A DNA stretch of 63,291 nt, filler included, from Octopus bimaculoides (taxonomy: Eukaryota), in the NCBI RefSeq assembly GCF_001194135.2. It is 5 parts of 5 records of this genome, joined end to end, with 100 filler letters (N's around TTAATTAATTAA, not from the genome) between each part and the next. Parts side by side here need not be neighbours in the genome. Positions count along the whole stretch, not along the records: positions 1 to 27,542 come from NC_069009.1; 4 more parts are not named here. The stretch is one strand, 5' to 3'. A program made the position numbers and the translations under genes. Positions 1-12,732 of this stretch are shown piece by piece (the first letter of the stretch is position 1; each line of letters begins with the position of its first letter). Under the pieces are notes generated by a model, which saw only the letters and a list, made by a program, of their open reading frames with translations, was not told the origin of the DNA and ran no database searches.

Positions 1-238
1 GTGGCACATAAAAGACACCATTTTGAGTGTGGCCGTTTTCGTGCGGGTGACAAGTAAAAGCACCCACTACACTCTCTGAGTGGTTGGCGTTAGGAAGGGC
101 ATCCAGCTGTAGAAACTCTGCCAAATTAGACTGGAGCCTGGTGTTGCCATCCGGTTTCACCAGTCCTCAGTCAAATCGTCCAACCCATGCTAGCATGGAA
201 AGCGGACGTTAAACGATGATGATGATGATGATGATGAT
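1..238 (+). mobile_element. 5'-truncated RTE-type retroposon 3' end with (GAT)n tail
   Basis: Nearly identical to the last ~240 bp of the RTE 3' end at 23424-24355 (cacccactacactctc...gttaggaagggcatccagctgtagaaactctgcc...catggaaagcggacgttaaacgatgatg). Other short copies at 1975-2044 (-), 4972-5066 (-) and 25666-25820 (+). Confidence 0.8.
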
Positions 239-715
239 ATATATATATACATACATATGTATATATATATATATACATACATACATACATACACAAATAC
301 ACACATATATTTATTAATGTGCTTCCACACACTACATCGACTCACAAATAAACACACAGTGATATAAAATACACACACATACATTCAAAACAGCTGATAT
401 CAAAATAAGGTGGTGCCCGCGGTTTTTTCCACATACCACATAGACGTGAATGTGGAACGGCACTTGCTATGGGATTAGCAATGAGCCTTGGAGAATACCA
501 CGTCTTTAGAACATGTGTTGTTTCTGAAACACAATCTCTACTGAGTAGTTGTTCTCCAAGATGAAATCCCATGACATGTATTGTTCCAGGTTTTTGTGTG
601 CATGTGTATATAATACATACATATACATCATTTATATATGTATTCATATGCTCATACACATACATACACTAGCAAATATAGATAGTAATAAAAATGCGTA
701 TAGTCTCATATATAC

Positions 716-923
716 CTTTATCTTTTACTTGTTTCACTCATTAGACTGTGGCCATACTGGGGCCACTGCCATGGAGAATTTTTTTAGACTAATGACTCCA
801 TCCCAGTACTTATTTTTTTGATAAGCCTGGTACTAATTCTATTGGGGTTTTTTGCCAAACTGCTAGGTTATGGGGACATGAACACAGCAACACCAGTTGT
901 CAAGTGGTGGTAAGAGGCAAATA

Positions 924-930
<7 letters not shown>
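716..930 (-). mobile_element. SINE family B, 3' part (decayed)
   Basis: Reverse complement matches the 3' half of the copies at 21033-21445 and 48916-49376. Confidence 0.7.
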
Positions 931-960
<30 letters not shown>

Positions 961-964
<4 letters not shown>

Positions 965-1135
965 GCAAATCAAAACAAAAATAAAGACAACAAAAGTCAA
1001 AAGGACGTATATAGTGAATGTATTAGATTGATGCTCAGTTCTCAGATGGAAAAAAAGGGCCAGGAGTGACGTTTGGGCATGGCTCTTCGTCAGAAAGAGG
1101 AAAGGTGTAGAGAGAAGATAAAAAATGTGGGCTTA
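961..1135 (-). mobile_element. Penelope-like terminal repeat fragment with decayed hammerhead-like motif
   Basis: Minus strand reads ctgacga-a-gagc-cat-gccc-aaac-gtc, same layout as the motif at 47703-47739. PLE assignment is inferred from that motif only. Confidence 0.35.
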
Positions 1136-1161
1136 CTTGGCTGAATTGACCTGAAACAAGC

Positions 1162-1193
<32 letters not shown>

Positions 1194-3705
1194 AANNNNN
1201 NNNNNNNNNNNNNNNNNNNNNNNNNNNNNNNNNNNNNNNNNNNNNNNNNNNNNNNNNNNNNNNNNNNNNNNNNNNNNNNNNNNNNNNNNNNNNNNNNNNN
1301 NNNNNNNNNNNNNNNNNNNNNNNNNNNNNNNNNNNNNNNNNNNNNNNNNNNNNNNNNNNNNNNNNNNNNNNNNNNNNNNNNNNNNNNNNNNNNNNNNNNN
1401 NNNNNNNNNNNNNNNNNNNNNNNNNNNNNNNNNNNNNNNNNNNNNNNNNNNNNNNNNNNNNNNNNNNNNNNNNNNNNNNNNNNNNNNNNNNNNNNNNNNN
1501 NNNNNNNNNNNNNNNNNNNNNNNNNNNNNNNNNNNNNNNNNNNNNNNNNNNNNNNNNNNNNNNNNNNNNNNNNNNNNNNNNNNNNNNNNNNNNNNNNNNN
1601 NNNNNNNNNNNNNNNNNNNNNNNNNNNNNNNNNNNNNNNNNNNNNNNNNNNNNNNNNNNNNNNNNNNNNNNNNNNNNNNNNNNNNNNNNNNNNNNNNNNN
1701 NNNNNNNNNNNNNNNNNNNNNNNNNNNNNNNNNNNNNNNNNNNNNNNNNNNNNNNNNNNNNNNNNNNNNNNNNNNNNNNNNNNNNNNNNNNNNNNNNNNN
1801 NNNNNNNNNNNNNNNNNNNNNNNNNNNNNNNNNNNNNNNNNNNNNNNNNNNNNNNNNNNNNNNNNNNNNNNNNNNNNNNNNNNNNNNNNNNNNNNNNNNN
1901 NNNNNNNNNNNNNNNNNNNNNNNNNNNNNNNNNNNNNNNNNNNNNNNNNNNNNNNNNNNNNNNNNNNNNNNNNNCTCCAATCTAATTTGGCAGAGTTTCT
2001 ACAGCTGGATGCCCTTCCTAACGCCAACCACTCAGAGAGTGTAGAATATATATACATATATATATATACATATATATATATATATGACTTAAGTAGTTTT
2101 GCATCTTCAAAAATGAAATTACTATCTTAGGAACTTGACAGTTTCAGGTTTTAGTCTGGAGCATATTTTGATTTTTGGGAAAATATATTCTGACCAGACT
2201 TGCATTTTATGCCAGTAGGAGAAGATCAGAGATGGGTAGAACTAAACAAGATTTGTTCCCAGGAATATGACAAATCTTATATCCAAATATGCAATAACAG
2301 TCAAAATCATGTAACAGTATTGCGATATATACATATATGACAATTGTTAATACATACATGTATGCTATATAACAGATATATGCATGTATATGTATAAACA
2401 CTGACACATAGATACATACATATATATAAGAAGATACATATATATATATAGATAGATATATACATACATATGTGTGTTTGTCTATATATATATACATGTG
2501 TATGTATGTCTGTATGTATCTCTCTGTGTATATATGTATCAAGAAAGCAAACTACAAAATGTACATCAGACAACACAATGTAATATGCAAATTTCAATAC
2601 AAACTTTTATATTAGGCAAAACTAATTTTTACAACACTAGATCATTGGTTGAATGTACACATTCAGCAAGGAACCATTCTATCTCTTCACAGTCATATAT
2701 GATACAGTTAAGTTGAAAGATTTTAATCAACACCACTGCAGATATATATAGATTTTCACAAGAAATAGGAAGAATTAACTTTGGAAAGATGACTTGCATG
2801 ATTAATTTTCATATGTTCTGGCAGATTTGAACATTAGTATGCTAATTGCAGTTATGTCCATCAAAAGAGAGCTATTCTTCCTTTCAGCCAAATGTATGTT
2901 TACGATACACTTGGTTCATTAGCAAAAGGGGACTTTGAAACACTTGGTGTTTTGAAATTGTTCTGTCACCTCAGTCAAAGGCATCCGAGGCAAATAAATT
3001 TAACATGATTTCATGGCTCTAGTTTATAACTGCAGCAAATTATTTGCTGATACTTGCATATAGCTACCAATTTGTTATGAATCGTCATATGTAGAGTAAA
3101 CAGAATCAAGATGTTGACTCATATTTATTCTTGGTACACTTCAGCATATCTGAAAAGCATATTCATATTCAAATCTGTTGGAATGTATTTAGAATAAATA
3201 TGGAAGTCCTCCTGTTAATTTTTGCTGTCCTTGTACATATGATAATTTATTAATTATAGAAGTTTTATCAACAGTAAAATACAAATGCAAAATGTACAAC
3301 ACTTGTATATCACACGTGAAATGTAGTAGTACTTTACTGGGTTTTTTTTATTATTTGTGACACTGCTGATTTTCCAGTTGTGACAGTATTCCTATGACCC
3401 TTTGTAACCTAAGGCAAGGTGTGTAAGCAACTCTCCAATTTTACCACTCACTTCATTCTGATAATGAGACTGTGAGTGGATTAATAGATTTAAGGGCACT
3501 GTTATTCCAGGCTAAAACCTAAGTTTTAATTACAAGAAATGAAGAAAAATCCTTAATGCAAAAGTTTCAACTTGGTCATAATCCAATAACCACAAGCACA
3601 CATATGTATACATATACAACTTAATATACACATACATTTGTGTATACATTATGTGTGGATGTGTATGTATATTCATACATGTGTGTGTTTATGTTTGTAT
3701 AGATG

Positions 3706-3758
<53 letters not shown>

Positions 3759-4295
3759 TCAGTGTTTTTCATCCAAATATTTTTACAAAAGAAATACAAT
3801 AATATTAATTATATTGAAATAAAAACATAAGCCTCAACACTTCTTTCTGTTTTTTTATCTATCTGTCTCTCTTTCTATCAAGCAATCTTTCTGTCTGTCG
3901 ATCTATTCTATTCTATCCTCTTTTATATATATATAACTATCTGTCAATCAATCAAAAAGTTTATCAATCAATCAAAAAGTTTATCAATCAATCAATCACC
4001 ATCAATCAAGCTTATTTTGTAGTTCTGTAATTTGGTACAGCTTCTTGTGTCTGCGCTAATTGCTTCTGATTATCCACATTAATCATCATCATTACCATCA
4101 TCATATTTGTCAGTTTTCTATTATAATAATGTATGTATTATTAATTTCAAACTCTTGACTCTCATATTTGAAATATAAAAAAAAACATCATCATCACCAT
4201 TTTCATCATCATCATCATCATCGTCATTCTCATCATCATCATCATCATTGCCGTTATCATTCTCATTGTTATTATTATTATCATTATTATTATTC

Positions 4296-5486
4296 AAGGC
4301 AGCAAGCTAGCAGAATCATTAACACACCAGACAAAATACCTCAGATTCACTTTGCCTTTCATCCTTTCAGGGTCAATGGAATAATAAGTAACAGCTGTGT
4401 ACTGGGGTCAATGTAATCAACTCACTCCCTCCCCTCAAATTGCAGGCCCTATACATTTAAAAGAAAGGATTATTATTAACAATCATGTCTTAGATTTTTG
4501 CTTATTTTTTACTTTATTTTCATGTAGTTGATGATGATGATGATCCTGATAATTTTTTTCTCATTTTGCCACAAAGCCGAAACTTTTAAGGGGAGGGGCC
4601 AGTCAATGCCATCAGCCCCCAGTTTATTGTCTCCCAAAAGGATTAAATACAAAGTTGATCTCGGTTGAATTTGAACCACGACCATGAACATATGGAATGC
4701 AAACTGAAAAGCATTTTGTCTGATGTTCTAATGTTTACTGCAATAATAATAACAATCCTTTCTTCTAAAGGCACAAGGCCAGAAATTTGGTGGGTGGGGA
4801 CCAATCGATTACATCGATCCCAGTGTCTTGCTGGTACTTAATTTATTGACCCCGAAAGGATGAAAGGCAGAATCAACCCTGGCAGAATTTGAACTCAGAA
4901 CATGAAGACAGATAAAATACCACTATGCATTTTGCCCTGTCTCCTAACAATTCTGTCAGCTCACCACTTTTCGTCGTCGTCATTTAACGTCTGCTTTCCA
5001 TGCTAGCATGGGTTGGACGATTTGACTGAGGACTGGTGAAACCAGATGGCTACACCAGGCTCCAATAATAATAATAATAATAATAATAATCAGCGAAACG
5101 GGCTGATTGCTACCTAGCTCAGATACCCCACCCAGTGATCAACTGGTACTTTTTTATCAACCCTGAAAGGATAAAAGGTAAAGTCAGCTTCAGCAAAATT
5201 TGAACTCAGAACCTGGAGACAGAAGAAATGCAGTCAAGCATTTCGCTCAGTGTGCCAACAATTCTGCCAAAAGGTTTTAAATTTTGCTACAAAGGCAGTC
5301 ATTTTGGGGGAGGGGATGTGTTGATTACATCGACCCCAATGCGTAACTGGTACTTAATTTATCGACCCCAAAAGGATGAAAGGCAAAGTTGACCTCGACA
5401 GAATTTGAACTTAGAACATAAAGACAGACAAAACACTGCTAAGCATTTCGTCCAGTGTGCTAACAACTCTGCCAGCTTACTGCCAT
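4296..5486. mobile_element. Cluster of five SINE family A copies (one +, four -) separated by (AAT)n/(GAT)n tracts
   Basis: Shared core gactttgcctttcatcctttcggggtcgataa..aagtaccag or its reverse complement at ~4296-4478 (+), 4560-4742, 4755-4970, 5095-5270 and 5275-5486 (-). Head carries a B-box-like gagttcaaattc. Confidence 0.8.
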
Positions 5487-5487
5487 A

Positions 5488-5522
<35 letters not shown>

Positions 5523-5735
5523 AACTTGTAAGGGTCAGGTGCTGTTCATTTTTATGTTTTTTCCCTTTTTCTTCTCTCTCTTTCTCTTAATCACGCACAC
5601 ACATGCACAGACACAAGCACACACTCTCTTTCTTCTACTTTCACTCTCTTTCTCTCTCTCTGTGCATCTATATATATATATACACACACACACATGCATA
5701 CACATACACACACACACACACACATATATACACAC

Positions 5736-5813
<78 letters not shown>

Positions 5814-6551
5814 GCACACCCACACANNNNNNNNNNNNNNNNNNNNNNNNNNNNNNNNNNNNNNNNNNNNNNNNNNNNNNNNNNNNNNNNNNNNNNNNNN
5901 NNNNNNNNNNNNNNNNNNNNNNNNNNNNNNNNNNNNNNNNNNNNNNNNNNNNNNNNNNNNNNNNNNNNNNNNNNNNNNNNNNNNNNNNNNNNNNNNNNNN
6001 NNNNNNNNNNNNNNNNNNNNNNNNNNNNNNNNNNNNNNNNNNNNNNNNNNNNNNNNNNNNNNNNNNNNNNNNNNNNNNNNNNNNNNNNNNNNNNNNNNNN
6101 NNNNNNNNNNNNNNNNNNNNNNNNNNNNNNNNNNNNNNNNNNNNNNNNNNNNNNNNNNNNNNNNNNNNNNNNNNNNNNNNNNNNNNNNNNNNNNNNNNNN
6201 NNNNNNNNNNNNNNNNNNNNNNNNNNNNNNNNNNNNNNNNNNNNNNNNNNNNNNNNNNNNNNNNNNNNNNNNNNNNNNNNNNNNNNNNNNNNNNNNNNNN
6301 NNNNNNNNNNNNNNNNNNNNNNNNNNNNNNNNNNNNNNNNNNNNNNNNNNNNNNNNNNNNNNNNNNNNNNNNNNNNNNNNNNNNNNNNNNNNNNNNNNNN
6401 NNNNNNNNNNNNNNNNNNNNNNNNNNNNNNNNNNNNNNNNNNTTTCTATCTGTCTACCTATCCATGCAGCTTTCTATCTACTTATCTACCTACCTAACCT
6501 TTACCTACCTATCTATCTCTGTTTCCCTCTTTCTTTCTCTCTCTCTTTCCT

Positions 6552-6587
<36 letters not shown>

Positions 6588-7363
6588 CACACACCCTCTT
6601 TCTCTCCCATGTCTCTCTTTATCTCACTCTCTCACCCCTTTTCTTCTTCCTCATGATGCTTCTAAAAGATGGACATCAAGGTAAGATTTTTCATATCAGA
6701 CAATTTTTCATTTTTTTTTTTTTTTCAAACACACCCTCACTCCACTCCGCTGCCCGAGGATCCCACCCCTCCGTCCATCGTCCTTTCTCCACCCACCACT
6801 TTTCATGTTATAGTCCTCCTCCCACTACCACAATCTCCACCACCCCTCCCCATTCTAGTACGCCCCCTCCAACCACTCTACTCTCACTCTATACCACTCC
6901 AGAAGCACCACACCTGCACCCCCATCACATCAAATATCGTCTCACCTCACCTCATTTCATTCCATTTCACATGTGCATTTCACAGTCATGCAATTAGTAA
7001 TGCTGTTGTTGTTGGTGTTGTTGTTGTTGTTGTTGTTGCACTTGTTGATGTTAGATGCACACAATGCTTGCAGCTTAGGATTTTGAGGTGTTTCTCTCCT
7101 ATAATCATTTCCATACCTGTGTGTGCATGAGTACATACATCATACTACATACCTATATAGATAGATAGATGTGTGTGTGTATGTGTGTATGTGTGCATGT
7201 GTGTGTGTGTAGGTAGGGTAAATCCCAGCTGTTTCCTCTTAAAGCACATCTGCTTATTCCGTTATTACAATCCAGTATGTAGTCTCAGTTACTGCTGTAA
7301 GTTACTCAAAACATATTAAAATTGAGAATTATGGAAATATTATTTGCAGAATTATTGTGTAGC

Positions 7364-7598
7364 AAAACAGGAAATTGGAAATTTTTCAGTATTATTTATT
7401 CACCATTACACATGTTTCATTAGCTAATAGGAGTTATAAAGTTTTACATGTTAGAGAGACATATAAGGAATTTCCTATTAGAAATTCTTCATATGGAGAA
7501 ATTAAATATTTATATGTAAAATTTTGTAGCTCCTATTAGCGAATGAAACATGTATAATGTTGAATAAATAATACAAAAAATTTCCAGTTTCCTGTTTT
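7364..7598. repeat. AT-rich inverted repeat (MITE-like foldback)
   Basis: Arm 7364-7449 (aaaacaggaaattggaaatttttcagtattatttattcacc...ttttacat) is the near reverse complement of 7514-7598; spacer ~64 nt. Confidence 0.8.
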
Positions 7599-7614
7599 AT
7601 TTCATATATATATG

Positions 7615-7672
<58 letters not shown>

Positions 7673-8960
7673 NNNNNNNNNNNNNNNNNNNNNNNNNNNN
7701 NNNNNNNNNNNNNNNNNNNNNNNNNNNNNNNNNNNNNNNNNNNNNNNNNNNNNNNNNNNNNNNNNNNNNNNNNNNNNNNNNNNNNNNNNNNNNNNNNNNN
7801 NNNNNNNNNNNNNNNNNNNNNNNNNNNNNNNNNNNNNNNNNNNNNNNNNNNNNNNNNNNNNNNNNNNNNNNNNNNNNNNNNNNNNNNNNNNNNNNNNTAT
7901 AAGGATTTTAAAACTTCAGAAGAACAAGAATTTTTTTTTTGTGTTACATAAACTTTCATTTTATTATAACAATATATTTTTACAGGAAGAAAAGAAAGGA
8001 AAAAATCGTTAAAAGTATAAAACATGAAATTATCAAGAAAAAAACCCCATAGCAACCTCACCAAGGAAGCGAAGAAAAAGGAAATAAAATGACCTGGGTG
8101 GATTAAGCAGTAGAAGATTAAGTGGGGGAAGGAATGGGTTGTACACCTGAGAACAAGTAGCATGTTTCAGTTTTCATGTAGTAAATCCTTTCACAAGGCT
8201 TTGGTTGTCCCAGCATTATAGTTGAAGACACTTGCCTAAGATGTCATGCATTAGGACTGAACCATATGATTCGGAAATGATGCATGCCTGCATCTTGTTG
8301 TAAGGTTGAATGTTGCCCTGAAGAAGTTTTTGTCCCATTCTTTCTAGCATAGCAAAGAGTGAGGAGGAACTAATGATGATGATGTTCAGCTAGACTGCTT
8401 GCCAAATACTTTCCTCTGTTCACTGCATCCAACACAGAGGTTCAACCTAAATACAAAAGCGCTGATGAGCTCCTACCCACTTCCTACCTCAAATGAGTTT
8501 TTTATGCCTCGGATATGATTAATGCTGATAAGAACAAAGCTTTTATAATAGATAGAAAAAAAAATCAAAAGAATACTTTGGTCCAATAGTTGAACATTTG
8601 TCATGTCTGCAAGAGATGTGGGTTTGAGTCCATATTCTGCCTTCAACTTTTTCTATTCCATACTTGCAATCTACTTCGAGTTCAATCATTAAAAATGAAT
8701 TATTTCTCATTCTCTGAATGGTTCCAAATACTTATAAACAACACACACATATGCATACACACATATGAATATTGGTCTCTTGACTCATATTTATTGTGAT
8801 TGTCTTCTTAAGGCAAGACAATGCAGATTGATGATAAATTTCTATTCATCAGTGTAGATATCTTCATTGTGTTTACAAAGCAACATTATCACAGGATGGA
8901 CGAAATGAAACAAAAACAATTACATTGACAATTGTAGTGAAATCTTTATAGCCAAATACG

Positions 8961-9019
<59 letters not shown>

Positions 9020-9442
9020 GCACATTCCAGAATATATATGAAACACAAGTGCAATTTGTCCCCCTAAACATATCTTGGAAGTTAAATGAAAATATTTCCA
9101 CAAATATCAAATGAAAAATAATTGATTTTGCACCATTATACATAAATGGTTCTATAACTGACCCACTGACTTACCCAATGCACCACTGTACACTGCCACA
9201 TAATATACAAAATAAACAAGAGGCATGTGATCATATTATGCTGTAGACACAAAATAAAATTCATCTTAATAAAATGATTCGAACTCTAAAAGGAGTTAGA
9301 TAACCACTAAGGACCCACTCAACCCTTCCCCATGGATACATGTAGAAAAATGTACGGCCACAAGAATTGAACCACAAATTAAACATGCAGTACACCACAC
9401 ATACACATACATAAAGATATACAAAGACAAAATTATAAACCA

Positions 9443-9484
<42 letters not shown>

Positions 9485-9489
9485 TATTC

Positions 9490-10110
9490 AAGATAAAGAT
9501 GGAACTTTAACCAAATCACTCAAATGAAAATATATAATTCAAGAAAGACATACTCTCCAAAGAAATAAACCTACTAAATTCTTTAGTTAGATTAAAAATT
9601 TCAATAATCCTCACTAAACTCCCCAACCCATAAAGAACACTTAGTTTCTGATCAAAATAAAACTGAAAATACATTAGCAGAAGCTGCGTAACTACGAAAT
9701 ATTATTTACAATATTTGACATTACTAAATTCCTCAATAAATAAATATTTCTTTTAATTTTTCAGTTAAATTTAGATGTACAAACAAATTATTAAAAGTCC
9801 CTTAATTAGCACACAACCAAATTCTCACCAACGAAACCATCCTAATATGTCCTCAATATTTACAAATATAATATGGCACATACCAAGACAAATCTAGCCA
9901 AACAAACATACAAACAACCTTGATTAGATTCACAGATTAAGTCAGTAAATCCACAGAAAATACGTTAAATATAGATATTTCCTGTCATTTACAAATCCAG
10001 AGGAAAATAAACACAGAATCTCACAAAAATTAGCCAATGACGAGGCAAAACAAATAATAGCCAATCAGAAAGCAGAAAAACCAAATGAATTAATAAACTA
10101 ACAATATCCC
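9490..10110 (+). mobile_element. Possible highly decayed Penelope-like endonuclease region
   Basis: Strong A/C strand skew. Fragmentary peptides SQTNIQTTLIRFTD and HLQIQRKINT weakly resemble GIY-YIG PLE C-termini. Many stops. Confidence 0.25.
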
Positions 10111-10159
10111 CCTCTGTCATCAACAGAAGGGTGTGTTTTTAATTTGTTTTGCTGTTGTG

Positions 10160-10385
10160 TGTGTGCATTACCATTTTAACTTACACTTTTCCATGCTTGC
10201 ATGAGTCAGATGGAAACTATTGAGGCAGATTTTCTACAGAAAGATGCTCTTCCTGTTGCCAGTTCTCACCTGTTTCTAAACAAGATAATGTTCCCTCCAT
10301 GGCCAAACATGTTTTCATAGAAGATTGGAAATGGAGGACACCACATGTATAATGCAGGATGTCCAGACAGGGAGACAGTAATACA
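10160..10385 (-). mobile_element. RTE-type retroposon 3' tail, second subfamily
   Basis: ttccatgcttgcatgagtcag...ttttctacagaaagatgctcttcctgttgcca parallels the reverse complement of the RTE tail at 1-238 (ttccatgctagcatggg...tttctacagctggatgcccttcctaacgcc). Confidence 0.45.
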
Positions 10386-10557
10386 TGTGCACACACACAC
10401 ACACATACATATCTTTTATCTTTTACTTGTTTCAGTCATTAGAATGCAACCATGCTGGAGCACAACACTGAAATATCTTTTTAGTCGAATGAATTGACCC
10501 CAGTACTTTTCTTGTTCTTAAGCCTGGTATTTATTCTATCAATATATATATATATAT

Positions 10558-10880
10558 GAAGCTGTGTGGCTTAGTTGTTAGGGTATTCAGCTCACAATCA
10601 CAAGGTCATGAGTTCAATTCCCAATACTGCATTGTGTCCTTGAGTGAAACACTTTATACCACATTGATCCATTCCACTCAGCTGGCAAAAATGAGCTGTA
10701 CCTGTAATTGAAAAGGGCAACCATGTGCCACTCTGTATCATGCTGAATCTCCCTGAGAACTATGTTAAAGGTACACATATCTGTGGAGTGCTCAGCCACA
10801 TACTCATTAATTTCACAAGCAGGCTTTTCCATTGATTGGATCAACTGAAACCCTCGTCATTGTAACCAACAGAATGTCAG
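10558..10880 (+). mobile_element. SINE family C (tRNA-like head, CpG-decayed)
   Basis: A-box-like tggcttagttg, B-box-like gagttcaattcc, centre gtgtccttgagtgaaacacttt, tail ggatcaactgaaaccctcgtcattgtaacc. Aligns with 19903-20300, 37759-38048 and 55688-56068. Confidence 0.8.
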
Positions 10881-10983
10881 TATGTATATACTGGAAAATG
10901 GACATTAAATGATTATGATGATATATATGTATAGTGTGTATGTGTGTGTGAAATAAACATCATAGATGTTTTTCCCCCTCCAG

Positions 10984-11055
10984 GAGCTACTCAGAGTTTT
11001 TGCAAGCTCTTCTAAATCCATTGCAATACTGGAAACCCTTTTGTATCATCAGCAG
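10984..11055 (+). CDS. Candidate 72-nt exon of an unidentified gene
   Basis: tttttccccctccag acceptor and CAG|gtattt donor; open as ELLRVFASSSKSIAILETLLYHQQ or SYSEFLQALLNPLQYWKPFCIIS. Could equally be decayed TE sequence. Confidence 0.2.
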
Positions 11056-11557
11056 GTATTTTAGGATCTCTAGCCTTTCACCCGTTAGCTTGTATGATTC
11101 ACCTGAGTGGGGCAGCAATGACTGAACTTGTCTTCACCTACTGAAGAGTTCCACTTGCTGTCTCTTATCAACCACAGCCACTTTTAACTACTTTCAGCTG
11201 CTGTGCATATTTTCTTGATGGGCTTTCTTCAGTTGTCTGGTTTCCAGACCTATCTTCTGTAGGAAATAGCATGTGTGTATGTATGTACACTGACGGGCTT
11301 CTTTGCACATATATTGAAGCACAACTTTCATCTTGACAGTGACAAACATGTGCATGGTATTGATAAGCCCCAAATGCACTGAAATGCATTTTGTGCTTCT
11401 CATGAGTCACTACTGCACTGATGTTTGTTTTGATCTTATATTCTTTGTGCTTTTAACACATGTCCATGAATAAGTTTTTCTCAGGCAAACCCACAGCAAT
11501 ATGCTTGCCAACAATGTATATATATTTATACTATGATACACAAATATGGCATTATAT

Positions 11558-11612
<55 letters not shown>

Positions 11613-11900
11613 GGTGCATGGCCTAGTGATTAGGATGTTTGCATTTATGACCACCAGATCGTGGGTTCAATTTCCAGACTGAGTGGTATGGTGCATTGTG
11701 CTTTTGAGGCCTACACTTCATTTCACATTGCTCCAGTTCACTCAGTTGTAAATGGCAACACTGCAACAGAGTTAGCCTTCTGATGAAGGGGGATATTGGC
11801 CTGCTCATTAGTCAGTAGATACGGTCTTCTGGCAGAAACACATGAAACTTTAAGTAGCATGGAATGGAATCTAACTCTTAAATAATACATGTAACTCCTA
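11613..11900 (+). mobile_element. SINE family C variant with different tail
   Basis: tggcctagtgattagg...gtgggttcaatttcc head and catttcacattgctccagttcactcag centre shared with family C. A related copy lies at 16835-17050. Confidence 0.6.
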
Positions 11901-11957
11901 CTAAATGTGTTGAGTGCCATTTTCTTTCATTTGTCCACTCATTCATATATACATATA

Positions 11958-12732
11958 TACTAGACTACTTGTGACCCCCCAAAAACGTGTATCTCAGGAA
12001 CCAGTGCTCCAGTTCACAGAAAACTTGTTATATTCCGTTTGTATTCACATTTCAATCGTACCTCACTTTCAAAACATTTTTTTCTATTATCCGCCAGTTT
12101 GGCTATTTATAAAGGTACCCCAAAAAACATGTATCTCAGGAAGCCATGGTTGGATTTACGTGAAACATGTTTTATTCCATTTGTATTCACATTTCAATGA
12201 TACCCTACTTTCAAAATATTTTCCCATTATGCGCCATTTTGGCTGTATTTAATTTACAGACCAGCATGCATGCATGCAAGCAGCACGCGAGCAGTCAGTC
12301 ATAAAGGTACCCAAAAATTCCACATATCTCAGGAACCTGTGGTTCAATTTATGCAAAACTTGTCTCATTCAGTTTGTATTCCCATTTCAGGGGAAACCTT
12401 ACTTTTAGAGTATTTTCCCATTATGCACCAGTTTGGTTGTATTAAATTACAGACAAGCATGCAAATAAGCACACAAACAAAACTATCCAGGTGTTAACGG
12501 TAAAGAGCAATAACGGCAGTTTTCACTGCTTAAATTTGTGGAAACAAACCCAAAAAACCACAAATCTTGGGAATCTGTGATCCGATTTATGCGAAACTTA
12601 TTTACTGTTTGTATTCACATTTCAGGGATACCTTACTTTCAGAATATTTTCCAATTATATGCCAGTTTGGCTGTGTTAAATTACAGACACGCATGCAAGC
12701 AAGCAATCGCAGAGTTTTAGTTGTATCTAGAT
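11958..12732. repeat. Four diverged tandem units of ~140-240 bp, possibly a Helitron/Helentron-type non-autonomous element
   Basis: Unit cccaaaaa..(g/c)atatctcaggaa...tttgtattcacatttca...actttcaaaatattttccc..tatg..ccagtttggctgt restarts at ~11975, 12117, 12306 and 12547. Array begins with tACTAG and ends with CTAG. Superfamily assignment is inference. Confidence 0.45.

Noticed and set aside
4168-4416. Poly-His/Tyr ORF
   Set aside because: It is a (CAT)n/(TAT)n microsatellite running into a SINE head.
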